The notes beneath the pieces are model-generated. The model ran no database searches. It was given only the letters and a program-made list of their open reading frames with translations, and was not told the origin of the DNA. Positions 36,131-47,865 of a stretch of 64,000 nucleotides of DNA are shown here, piece after piece; the stretch's first letter is position 1; every line of letters starts with the position of its first letter. The stretch covers positions 26,040,001 to 26,104,000 of the forward strand of contig NC_045730.1 in the NCBI RefSeq assembly GCF_009834535.1, given 5' to 3'. The translations under genes and the position numbers were made by a program. Source of the stretch: Camelus ferus. Lineage: Eukaryota.

Positions 36131-37189
36131 CCAGTCAACGGGGTTCAGGAAGAGTTGAAAGGTGAATGTGGATCTGTCTTGAAGTAGAAGCCATTTACAA
36201 AGTTTCATTGTGTTTCAAGAAAAGATATGTTTAAATTACTTAAACTTTTTTTTTTCTCTCTGAAGGCACAAGAGGTTATAAAATTACCAATCATAAAAGA
36301 TCCAAGTAAATATTTAAAATGTAAAATATATTTTACTTTTAGTCCTAGAAGTTACATTGTTAATAAAAATACCAACAAACGAAAAGTCTCAGGAGTCATT
36401 AGAGCCACAATTGTGTAAATAACTTGCTTCAAATGGTGTCAAAGGAAGAGGCGCCTTCATTAGGCGCAGCTCCAGCAGCAGGAGAGCCCCAGGCGTGGCA
36501 ACAGCTGTGTCTGGAGACTGAACTGCTGTCCTTAGAAGGGCTGCAGTTCAATGAAACTATTAGGTGAAATTTTCATTTGCACAGAGGTGTTTCTTCTTAC
36601 AATTGACTAATATGGTTTATGTTGGGAGTCTATGACCAATTCTGCGCTTCATGTTATAAAATGAAAAAGCAGTTAAAATACAAAATTTAGAAAAACAACA
36701 CACTTGACCACAGGGACATTCTGAAATTGAGCGCACTGTTTGTGCTGTGATAGAGGCAATGAAGCTGGAATGGGAACTAGGCACGAGCCTTCACGCATAC
36801 TAAGCAGGAGAAAAAGGTGACATGGCCAGTCCCCAGCCTCTGGGCTTTGATGCTAAATAACGGTACTCAATTTTTATTCGAAGGGCTTTCCATAATTAAC
36901 AACTCTACTCTTTCCAAAGTCGGTTTAGGGAATAAAGTTGAGTTACTTCCCAAGCATTTTTGGAGGAGGCTCCTGATAAGACAGAAATGGAAGATCTACA
37001 ACATGCATGTATTTAATACAGCAAATTCCGCAGAGCGCACTGCACTGGCATTTCTGTGCCTGAACCACGCGGTCAGCTCTAAAATGGAAACACTGACGCT
37101 GTTTTCAGTTTTGACTAGGCATTTTAAAATGACCAGCAGGATCTTTGGCACTTCAGTAATGAGTCCCCTGAAAAGGATTCAAATCTAGG

Positions 37190-38185
37190 CTTTAAGCTCA
37201 ATTTCCAGAATATAGAAACAGCTCATATGACTTAATAACAAAAAAGCAAACAACCCAATCCAAAAATGGGCAGAAGGCTTAANNNNNNNNNNNNNNNNNN
37301 NNNNNNNNNNNNNNNNNNNNNNNNNNNNNNNNNNNNNNNNNNNNNNNNNNNNNNNNNNNNNNNNNNNNNNNNNNNNNNNNNNNNNNNNNNNNNNNNNNNN
37401 NNNNNNNNNNNNNNNNNNNNNNNNNNNNNNNNNNNNNNNNNNNNNNNNNNNNNNNNNNNNNNNNNNNNNNNNNNNNNNNNNNNNNNNNNNNNNNNNNNNN
37501 NNNNNNNNNNNNNNNNNNNNNNNNNNNNNNNNNNNNNNNNNNNNNNNNNNNNNNNNNNNNNNNNNNNNNNNNNNNNNNNNNNNNNNNNNNCCAGAGGGAA
37601 CTTTAATTTGAGAAGNNNNNNNNNNNNNNNNNNNNNNNNNNNNNNNNNNNNNNNNNNNNNNNNNNNNNNNNNNNNNNNNNNNNNNNNNNNNNNNNNNNNN
37701 NNNNNNNNNNNNNNNNNNNNNNNNNNNNNNNNNNNNNNNNNNNNNNNNNNNNNNNNNNNNNNNNNNNNNNNNNNNNNNNNNNNNNNNNNNNNNNNNNNNN
37801 NNNNNNNNNNNNNNNNTAAGCCAGAAAGCGAAAGAAAAATACCGTATGATATCACTTATATGTAAGAAAAATGAGACAAGTGAACTTATTTACAAAACAG
37901 AAATAGTGTCATGGACACAGAAAACAAACTTATGGCTACTATGGGGGTGAAGGGGAGGTGGAGGGATAAATTGGGAGTTTGGGATCAGCAGATACACACT
38001 ACTGTACATAAAATAGATGAACAGCAAGGTCCTGCTGTGCAGCACAGGGAACTACATTCAACACCTTGCCATAGCCCATGATGACAAAGAACAAGAAGAA
38101 CAGTATGTATGTGTGACTGAGTCACTGTGCACCACAAGTAAACACAGCATTGTAAGCTGACAATGCTTTCCCTAAAACAAAAATC
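37190..38185 (+). mobile_element. Young 5'-truncated L1 3' end (two internal N gaps)
   Basis: tccagaatatagaaacagctc...aacaacccaatccaaaaatgggcagaag...tatgatatcacttata...gtcctgctgtgcagcacagggaactac...tail. Confidence 0.9.
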
Positions 38186-40689
38186 AGCACCAAATCTCGA
38201 CCTCCAGTGTTTTCCCTGTTATACAGGAGCCTTAGTGATGCTGTGCTGGCTGCGTCCCTTTGACACCCTCCTCCCCCAGCCTGCTCTCCTCTGCCTTGCT
38301 CGTACCGGGCAGGCTGCCCCGGAGGACCGCACTGCCTGGCATCTCTGCCCCAGCTGCGAGGAGCTACGGGAGAGAGCCAGCCGGAGGTGGGGACACAGGA
38401 GCCAGCTGGTCCTGCCTCCTGTTTGGAAGCAGCTGGGCTCCTTCGTGGTGGCAGCTCCTGCCTGTGCCTGGCCAGAGCTCCAGCCCCAGGGGTCTGGTCC
38501 CGTCACCACCACCCACCTCTGCCCCTTCTGCCCTGAGGCCGCTAACAGCTTCCCACAGGTAGACCTTTCTGGGTGCCTCAGTGTCCTGGGACCCTTAACC
38601 CTGCACACACCTCTGGAATTGTCTCATGAAAATCTCTTCAGCTGAGTCATTGGAGTGGAATCCTCTTTCTGCAGTGACCCTGGCCTCCAGGCGCACCGAC
38701 ACTGATGTCGTGTGACAGACAACAGCATGATGTAGTTCACAGCACTCACCCCACGTCAAGCCCGTGGGCACGACAGAGACTTGAGTCTACCTGTGGTGGC
38801 TCTGGCAGCACCCAACGATGAGGCCTTAGTTGTTACCACGATTACAAGGTGCTGCCCTGTAGCTCTGCCTTTGGCGGCTAGATGGACAAGGGTGCCAGAG
38901 AGAATGATTCCCTGCGCAGGCAGCAGCCTCAAGAAAAAAGGGTGAGCTGGGACCTCCTGACCAGTAATCCAGCTACCTGGCTTCCGCCCAGACCCCATGA
39001 AAGGAAGCGAATTTGTCTGTTTCACTTTCTGACTGCCTTCCCAGGATGCATCGTTAGGTAACAGAGGACGGCCGTGAAATAAAGGTCCTTCACCAGAGGC
39101 GGAGTCATGCAGAGACACCAACACCGAAGGGCAATGAGGCTGCACGCAGCGGTGTGCACACCCGCCGGAAGCCGGGGGCAGAGACGCCTGGCTCTGGGGT
39201 GCTGGTGCAGGGGAGTCTCCCGCGCTTCCTGGCGCCTTCTTCCTAGCTCCTGGGGGGCTCAGTCTACAGTTGCCCTCGCAGACAAACTCTCCATCCTGGA
39301 CTTCTCCCCGTGTGGACCGACAGGGTTCACTCCCTGGGAGCCCTGGTTGGCAGCTTTCTCTTAGATTTGGCTCGGGAGAGCCAATAATTCACAGTTGGCT
39401 TTCCTGCTACAATTTTAGTCAGAGCAGCTCTTGTCACATCTCTTTTAGAGTCATGCTAATGTCATCAGAGCAGAAGCAAGCTTAGTAGCATTTATACCTA
39501 GGAGTTGAGCAATGGATGCATTTCTGATAATATATATAGAAAAACCTAAAACCAAATAAAGCCAAGAACAAACCTGAGGCAACCCTCTCAGTAGCTGAGG
39601 ACACACTTCCCACTGGCTTGTTGAAAAAGTCTTTGTAAATGTCCAAAGACAGCAGAAGTCTGCCTTGCAGACAGCGGTGCTGCGTGTCAAGTTTCGAAGC
39701 TAAATCCAAATGAGCTCTTTCCCCGGTTTATAAAAAGACAAACTCTGTGACCTTTTGGATTTATACTCTTTTTCTTTTTTTCCATCTCCTTTAATCTAGC
39801 CTTTCCCCTTAGTCTAGGGTTCTATTTTAATATAACACACTGTGAAAAAGTGCACTGTTACTGCTAAATAGAATTATATAACAACTTTATATAAATATGA
39901 GTGCAATTATTTAATTAAGATGTTAAAATTTTATTATTTTATTTTAAAATACGTAGGTAAATATTTGCAATAGAGAGAAACAGAATTGGAAAAATATGAG
40001 CAGAACACCCTGGAGGACTGGCTAAGAAAGAAAAGGAAAAAAACCCCCAAAACGCAAAGCAAACAGGATGTGAGTCTTTGGGCAGCAAAGCCGAAGGAGA
40101 AGGAGCAGAGAGAACGGCCAGCATCAGCATAAGACAATTAACTCCTCTCTTTCCTCAGTAAAACCAGCAGAGATTTAATGGTGCTGAATCATGGGTTTCC
40201 AACGCGGCTGCACTGCCCTGCAGTGAAAGACTGGGTCACGGATTCTCGGGAGGTGGTGACAATAGCCGTTAGCAGATCAAAAACTGGGGAGGTGAACTGA
40301 TTGCAGCAAAGAGGGCAGTGCCATAGCAATGCGGGGCATTTCGACAAGGCTGTTTAAACAATCAGTTCTGACTTAACTGTATGAAAATGACCCTGTCAAA
40401 GAGGAAAGTCATGCTTTAAAGTTATAGCCTTCAGTCTCCCCCCACCCACCAAGACCGTGGGGACTGTTTATTCATTTCTGTATTGTTCCAACTACTGTTT
40501 TGTTTCTTTTAGTTTAAGCACATTTTATTAATTTTAAAGATATTTAAAACTATCATTATTTTTACCACTATGAATTAGTAACACGATCATAATATAATAA
40601 CATATTCAGAAAAGACAATAAAGATTTTTTTTAACCCAAACCCAGAAACATGCCACTGACTGTTTCTCAGCTGGGACGAGTTAAGTTGG

Positions 40690-40870
40690 TTTCGCACCTC
40701 AGACCCATGCTGAACATACCAGTGGTGGCATTAAAAAGCGATGAATTTTGATATTGTATGATAAACTGTGACCAGATATGGAAGATCTGCATAAGTGAGT
40801 AAATGGGTATTTTCCAAATGACCAGTGCGTCACAGTGTGTGAGCACAAACTCATTCATGATTACAGTTCC
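40690..40870 (+). mobile_element. hAT DNA transposon fragment (Charlie1-like)
   Basis: ggaagatctgcataagtgagtaaatgggtattttccaaatgaccagtgc resembles the recalled Charlie1 internal sequence. Confidence 0.45.
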
Positions 40871-41077
40871 ACTGAAAAGCGCAAAGCAGGCAGCAGACTT
40901 CAGAGAGAACGAGACGCTCCCTGAGGCGGTTCCAGATTCTGCATTTCAGCCGCTTTTCAGGACGCGCCTGCTTGCTGGTTGTGCTGAGAATCAAAGGCGA
41001 GTATCCACAATTATCCAAAAAAGATGACTAAAATACTACTGTCTTTTCCAATAACAACACAAAATGTGTTTTTAGAG

Positions 41078-42020
41078 TTTATCGACTATAGCGCTGTTAT
41101 GAAGGCGTTTCATGTAGCACGCAGCTCACCCTCCCAGCACGCCCGTTCAGCGGTTTAGGTGTGTTCGCGGTGTGCGCGGCTGTTGCTGCCACCGGTTCTA
41201 GAACATCGTCCTCACCCTGGGAAGACAGCCCTTATCCGCCAGCCCCTTTCGCCAGCCTTCAGCCCCGCAGCTCTGCGCAGCCACAAGTCCAAGGTTTCTC
41301 TCTCCAGGTTTGCCTGTTCTGGACATTTCATATGAATGGAATTATATAATGTGTGGTTTTCCGTAACTGGCTTCTCGCAGTCAAACAATGTTTCCAGGAT
41401 TCATCCGTGTTACAGCACGTGCCGGTACGGCACGACTTCGTAGTCAGACAGCGCAGCACGTCTGTCCGGGTGGGCCACACGCCGTTCAAACACTGGTAGG
41501 CTGATGGACGTCTGGGTTGTTCCCAGCTGCTGGCTGCTGGGAGCGATGCGCCACGACCACGAGCGTGCACGTTTCTGTGTGGACGTGGTTTTATTTCTCT
41601 TGGGTACACGTAGGAGTGAGGTCGTTAGGCTGCACGTTGACCCCGTGTTTGCCCGTCTGAGCGGCCCCCAGGCTGCTTTCCGGTGCGGCCCCTGTTCTGA
41701 GCTCCCGCCGCGGCGGGAGAGGGCTTCCTCCGCGTCCTCTGCGACGCTCCACCGTCGGTGTTTTGGCTGCCGCGCCTCGTGAGGACACGGCCGTGTTGCT
41801 GCTGCTCTGATTTGCTCCTCTCGTGGCTGGTGCTGTTGAGCCTTCTTTCCTGTGCCTGCTGGTCATTTGTGTGTCTTTTTTGGAGACATTTGTGTTCAGG
41901 TACTTTGCCCATTTTTACGTGAGTTATTCGTCTTCTTATGACTGAGTTGTAGGAGTTCTTGATTCGTTTTAGATGTAAATCCCTGACCAGATATAGAGTT
42001 TGCAAATATTTTCTCCCCTG
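41078..42020 (-). mobile_element. L1MB-like 3' UTR plus ORF2 end, partly GC-shifted
   Basis: Anchors: tttgcctgttctggacatttcatatgaatggaattatataatgtgtgg; gatggacgtctgggttgttcc; atttctcttgggtacacgtaggagtg; tttgcccattttta; tttgcaaatattttctcc. Confidence 0.85.
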
Positions 42021-45000
42021 CTGTCACCAGACACGCCTTTACCTCTTTCCTCGTGGTCTCCTTTAATTCTTTGAGCATCGCTGTGACGGCTGCTTTGAGT
42101 CTTTGTCAGTCGCTACGGCATTTGGTTTCTCCCCGTCCAGAGGTCACACTTACCCGTTTCTTTGCCCATGGGCACATTTTTGGCATTCTCGATATGACAC
42201 TGTAGGCATTCTTGGTACTGGCTAACCACCGCCGCCCCCATGGGGCTTTGGGTCGTGTTCATTTTATTGACTTGTGTTCGTTGTGGCGACGTCTGTGCCT
42301 CCCCTTCAGTGTGAAGCCCCGGGGCTCAGCCCAGGCGTGTCCGCGTCATGCAGGGCTGGCAGTGTTTTGGGCAGGGCTCTCTGTCTCCTGTGATGTCCAC
42401 ATCCTGCTCTCTGGCCAGTATTTGAGACACACTCTGGCTACATGAAGCCTCCTCCCCACAGCTTTTTTTACCCAAAGCCACTCCCGCAAACTGCTTAGTC
42501 TGCGGTTTAACCTCGATGGCAAATGAATGCAGCAGCCTCCTCCCCGCCACTCGTCACTGCAGCTTCCACTGCTTGTGAGAGTGGCCTGAGGCGTGGACTT
42601 GTCTGCACCTGTTTCAGAGGAAGTCAGCTCTCTGGGAAGAGATTAGAAGCCGTTCCAGGGCCTCTTCTCCCCCCAGGCAAAGTCGCTGAGCGACAATTCG
42701 GGGCCGAGGCCAAGGCTGGGCCTCCCTCTGGGTGACCCAGGCTCTGGGCAGCGGGGCCGGAGACTCGTGCCTCGCTGGATCCTCTCTGAGTGGAGCCTCC
42801 CTCTTTCCAGCTGAGACAAGGGCAACCGGGACGCGGTGTGCGACACACACGTGTAGAATTACGTATGTCAATAACTGGTATGACACGTCCATATAAAGAA
42901 ACGTAACAAGTAACCAATGTAAGGTGCAGTTACTGGTTTTGGCAGTTACTGATCTGGGGAGTGGGCCGCACGCTGTCCCGCCAGAAGTGGAGCCTCATTT
43001 TTAAAGTGGATCTGCCCCCCGACGGGCGGTGAGTCCTGCCCGCCTGAGCCAGAGCCAGAGCCGCTTCGCGGGTGGGCTGTGCTGCTGGGAGAGGTGGCAC
43101 TGCCGCCTTCTTGTGCAGCTGAGTGGCGTGTGGCCCGAGGTCGTTCCCTCCACTTAACTGTTCCTGAACAGGAGGGGGAAGTCCGAGAAGTGGTGATGTG
43201 TGGCTTTCACGCCGTAACAGCCCTGCAGAGGAAGAGGAGGCAGTTGGGGGCGAGCGGCGGGCGCCCCGCCCTGGGGCTGAGGCGTGGGTCCGCCCGCCCT
43301 CCGACCGCCTCTGGTCTGTCCTCGACCCGCACCTGTGTGCCGAGGCCCTCTTTACAGGCTGAAGGTCTGAGACGGGTAAGGAAGCCGAGCGCCCGGTGGC
43401 TTTGCACGTACGCCACTGACGCGAAAGCTTGGAGTACTATATCCCTTCAGCTTGTGTCAGGACGTTGAGGACGGGAGGGCCCTGTGGTCCTCTCAAAGAG
43501 CCTGGCATCGAAATGGCCGCAGTAGAAACACAAGGTCAAAGAGGGCACAGGCATGTCCCACGGAGTGGGTGTTCTGGGGGGCCCCTGGGTGTGGGAGGCC
43601 CGGGTGAGGGAGGGGAAGGACCGCGCTGCTCCGTGCGCCTTGCGAAGGGGCCAGCCTCCGGGAACCCAGGCGAGTCTGGGAAGATGAGGAAACTGAGGCT
43701 CGTGTCCGCAGGACCACATGCGTGCTGGGTGGGTGCCTTTTGTGAGCTCATGTCACCCAGGAGTTCTCAGAGCTTGTTTTGAGTCCACACTGAATATTAC
43801 AAGATGGTGGTATCTTGGATCTCTGTTAATAAGATCTTTTTATGTAACTTTTTACAAATTTTAAATATTTCCAGGAGGGCTGGAAAAGGAGACCATCACG
43901 TAGACCATGGCAGTATTCCACGGAAATGCGTGCTGTGAAGAGTCACTGAAAAAATGCGATGGAGTGAAACAAAATTACTCTGTTTACATATTGCAAAAGT
44001 GAAATAAAATAAAATGCCCGTCCTCTGCCCACGTCAGTACCTCGGTCCAGCTCTCAGCAGCTCCCGGGAGCACCTGTCCTCGCGCGTGGATGCATCAGGG
44101 GCGTCTCCTCAGCTTTCGCGCAGTCGCTCAGCTTTCCAGCCTGAGCGAAGGCGAGCCCTCTGTCTTGCTCTTTCCTTCCTCCTCCCCAAGATTGTCTCTG
44201 TTACTCGACCGGACCACCCCGAGAACCCACGCGTTGTCCCCATACCCGGACGGCACACGTCCTCCGTTCAAAGGCAGCACAGCCCCTGCTTGTGACCAGA
44301 GTGGTGGCCTGCTGGCTGGTCCAGCTGCAGTGGCCCCCGACACAGCCACTCCTCCCACAGCGATGGCCGACACCTCCTCCCGCCCTCTGTGCATGGCTGG
44401 AGTCATCTCAGTTCCCCCCACTCACTTCCGTTAGGTCAGAGCTGCCCCTGGGCACCGCGGCGGCCCCCCCAGCCACCGGCAGGGCGGTTGCTTTGTCCAC
44501 CAGAGGCCAGGTCCTCTCCCTGGAGCCTCAGTTCCAGCTCCTTCCTGAGTTTTCTAATTGCTCCTTCCAGGGAATGGGGTGGTGATGCTGCCACGGGGGA
44601 GGAGGTGGGGTGTGGCTGCCACCGCGGTAGTGTTACTGTGAAAGGGAAATTTGAACAATAAAAAAACCAACAAATAAATAAACAAATAACTTCAAAAGTT
44701 GAAAAAAGTGTTTTCTTGGCGGTTTTAACTGCACAATAGGGGAGGCAGACGGGTGCTCTTCCGGCTGTGGGAGGGACGCGTCGGTGTCTGTTTAGAGAGA
44801 CGGGTTCTCCTCAGACAGCCCACAGACCGAGGTGGGCGCGCTCCCCACTCACCGTCCAGTATGTGCAGACACACACCTGCCCCTACGCGTGCACACACAC
44901 ACACGTGCCTGGACATACGTGTGCGTGTCTGTGTGTTAGCAAAGGCCAACAGCATCTGTTAAGTGACTGGTACTTACTGGACAGCTAAATATCCCCATGG

Positions 45001-45062
45001 CCTTGTCCATTATGTTTCTTCAGGACCCACAGGACAGGTACTGTATAGAGAAAGGCTATTCA

Positions 45063-45297
45063 CAATTGGGGGTTTGAGACTTGCAAATATTACTACTGTG
45101 TATAAAAAAGATAAACAACACGGACCTCCTGCACAGCACAGGGAACTGTATTCAATGCCTCGTAGAAACCTGTAGTGAAAAAGTATGAAAACAAACGTGT
45201 GTGTGTTCACGCATGACTGGAACGTGGTGCTGGCCACCAGACACAGACACGCTGCAACTGACTGTACGTCATTAAAAAAAAGAAAGAAAGAAGAAGG
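45063..45297 (+). mobile_element. Young L1 3' tail with candidate TSD
   Basis: aattgggggtttgagacttgcaaatattact...cacagcacagggaactgtattcaat...A-rich tail. AAGGCTATTCA (45052-45062) and AAGGCTGTCCA (45298-45308) flank it. Confidence 0.85.
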
Positions 45298-45699
45298 AAG
45301 GCTGTCCAGCACTTTGCACTCTGCCTCCAGCAAGTCACGGGCGACTGTGCGAGTAAAGGGAGGAGCTGACACGGCTGCAGTCCACTCAAGACTCGTTTGT
45401 CGAATCACAAGGCCTTGTGTTGGCGGCGGATCTTCCAAAACACGAGGGGATTCGAGGGGTCATTTTAGTGACTAGTTCGTGGTGAGCCGTCGAACGTTCT
45501 CCAAGGCACCGTCCTCTCAGTGGCCACCTGTGGACCTATTTTCATTTTTAAATCGTGTGTGTGCAGCGTACACTTCGTGAGGAAGGACATTCAGAGAGGG
45601 ATTTGAGCAGCACGAAGGGGGTTCCGGCATTTACTCAGGATAAGACCAGATGTTTTCCCAGGAGTCTTGCGTTCCTAACCACAGGCCCGATCGGAGCGT

Positions 45700-46400
45700 T
45701 AGGTCTCAAAACCTAAACACACCGGGCTTAATGCAAATTAAATTAGAACGGGAGAAGTAATTACCCGGGGCTGACGACGGCCCAGCGCAGGAGCGGGATG
45801 ACGGCCCCTCACACGGGGAGCTGCTGCAGGGCTGCTGTTAGCGAGGTGCGCTCCTCTGACACGCGTTTCCTGGCTCGCGGGGCAGGGCGGCAGGGCTGAG
45901 CCCGCGACGGCTTCCCGGGCTTCCCGTCCGCTTATTCCTAAAGGTGCACTTGAGAAAGCAGCTGGAGGGGCTTAAGGAGCAACTTCCTTAACAAAAGCTG
46001 CCTGACCGGGGACGCGGCCTAACGCAGCCACAGAATAAGCGGTGCCCTGTGTGCTGAAAATAGCTCTGCTGGGTGGGAGGGCAGGTGGATGCCATGCTGA
46101 TGAAATGTAGGGCGGCCTGCTCCAACAGGTCACGTCGTGAGCTGAAAATACTTTCTGCCTTCCTCTCTCTTTTGGCTTTTCTGTTTGTTTGTTTCCATAG
46201 GAATTTGGCTGAGGAAGGGAGACTGAGGAGAGGGAAGCTGACGATTTACGGCATTTGCCGAACGTTGATTCATTTATTTATCTGACCAGGCACTGATCTC
46301 ACATCCTGAAGATTTACTGCTCAGGCGCACAGGGTGGAGGACACGCCAGGGCGCTCCGGGGGGACGCGCGGGGGTGCTGAAGCCCAAGGCAAGGTCTCAT
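45700..46400. promoter_or_regulatory. CpG-rich enhancer/promoter-like patch with octamer
   Basis: ATGCAAAT at 45731-45738 within taatgcaaattaaattag; CpG-dense 45760-45940. Confidence 0.35.
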
Positions 46401-46559
46401 TCCCATGTAAATCACGCTGGTTCTTGACATTGTTTTGGGCTGTGGGAGACCGGGTTTTGTTTGGGTTATATGTGAACGGACTGTATCGTAATAACAAGCC
46501 AGTCTACGACAGGATTAAACTTCATCTCCAAGAAGGCATGAGTCCTTAGACTCCGAGCT

Positions 46560-46655
46560 GCAGAGTTTTAGAGCTGGAAAGGGGCCTGGTTTAAGCTCCT
46601 GATGTTACAAATAAGAAACGAAGCGACTTGCCCAAGCTCATACAGCCGGTCAGCA
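46560..46655 (-). mobile_element. MIR fragment
   Basis: ttagagctggaaagggg...ttacaaataagaaac...gacttgcccaagctcatacagc. Confidence 0.55.
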
Positions 46656-47769
46656 GCTCTCCCCAGATAGAGCAGCGGCTGCTGGCCCCTTGAGAGATCG
46701 CCTTCTCGCCGGATCATGGAGAGCACCGCTTCTGAGAGCTGAGATTTCTTTGGCTTCTGTCCTGGTTTGGACAGTTTTTCTTGGACAGCCCTGGACAGTA
46801 CTAGCTTCCTGGAATCTCTCAGCAGGAGGGCAGAGCCGCAGAGCACATCCTCTGCTGGTGCAACAGACGTAGCGCAATTTTCCAAAAGGTGTTCTGTCCA
46901 GCTGGCAACACGGCCGGCGCCGGAACTCGTGGAGGCGGATACGCTCCTAAAATGTGAGCTCGTAGGTGCCTCGGTGGGGAGTCACCAGGAAGAGCAACCG
47001 CACACTTTCCTGCTGAAATCTGCTGCTCTTCCCCAGTGGCCACGAGGAGGCTGAGCGCCGGAGAGACCAGCGGGCAAGTCCGCCCCACTTATTCCGTATT
47101 CAACAGGTCCTTGTGGACAGCTTTCTGTGTACCTGACACCCATTTTTACCGCGTGAGTTGACTAAGAATCAAGGCGGAAATGAGGGGGAGTTTATTTTCC
47201 AGAGCAACAGAATCTTCGAGCAGGAAGGAACATGTAAGATCACCTCTGCTTGGGAAGCCGAGTGACACAGACCCGAGTCCTCTTACCCAGGAGGTGGGGC
47301 TGGAACTCAAGTGTCGACAGTTTAGTGGGGCTCCTCCCACCACACCGGCGTCTTCCTCGCTTGATGTCTTCCTGGGGGAAACTGATTTCACAAGTGAGGA
47401 TTTTAAAAGTTTAGAAGAAGTTCTGTCGACTTGGGCTTCCTTTGGATACATCTAGGAAGTCGCGTTCACACGTGGCTGGCTAGACGTGCTTTCCAGACTG
47501 GAAGCCTGCCTCGTTCCTCCCCTAAAAGGGAAAAAACTGTAATAGTTTGTATCCATTTGGTGTTAAGATAAGGAAGGCAAGGATAGCAGCTTGTAAACAC
47601 ACTGCCAAAGAGACGGAGAAATAAACCACGACTGGTGTGAGCCGGCTTCTCAAGGGGAATTAAGTGCAGAGCCTGTCTCTTCAGGACTTTCCCACCGGAC
47701 TTGGCCACTGAACACACGTGGAAAAGTCCCTCAACACGGGACTGTGGGCTGGGACCCAGTGGCCCCCTT

Positions 47770-47865
47770 CTCCTAACCCCTGCTTCACGATGGGGACGGT
47801 GAGGACTAAGAGAGTGGCTGGCCCGAGGTCACACGGCCTTTCAGTGGTTTAAAGGCAAAGCTATT
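47770..47865 (-). mobile_element. MIR fragment
   Basis: cgatggggacggtgaggactaagagag...gcccgaggtcacacggc. Confidence 0.4.

Noticed and set aside
32229-37865. Long ORFs containing X runs (up to 207 aa), also 53224-53535
   Set aside because: Artefacts of translating across N gaps.
40210-40321. 10-bp inverted repeat GCACTGCCCT/AGGGCAGTGC
   Set aside because: Too short with a ~92-nt spacer; not a miRNA-like hairpin or transposon TIR pair, and compatible with chance.
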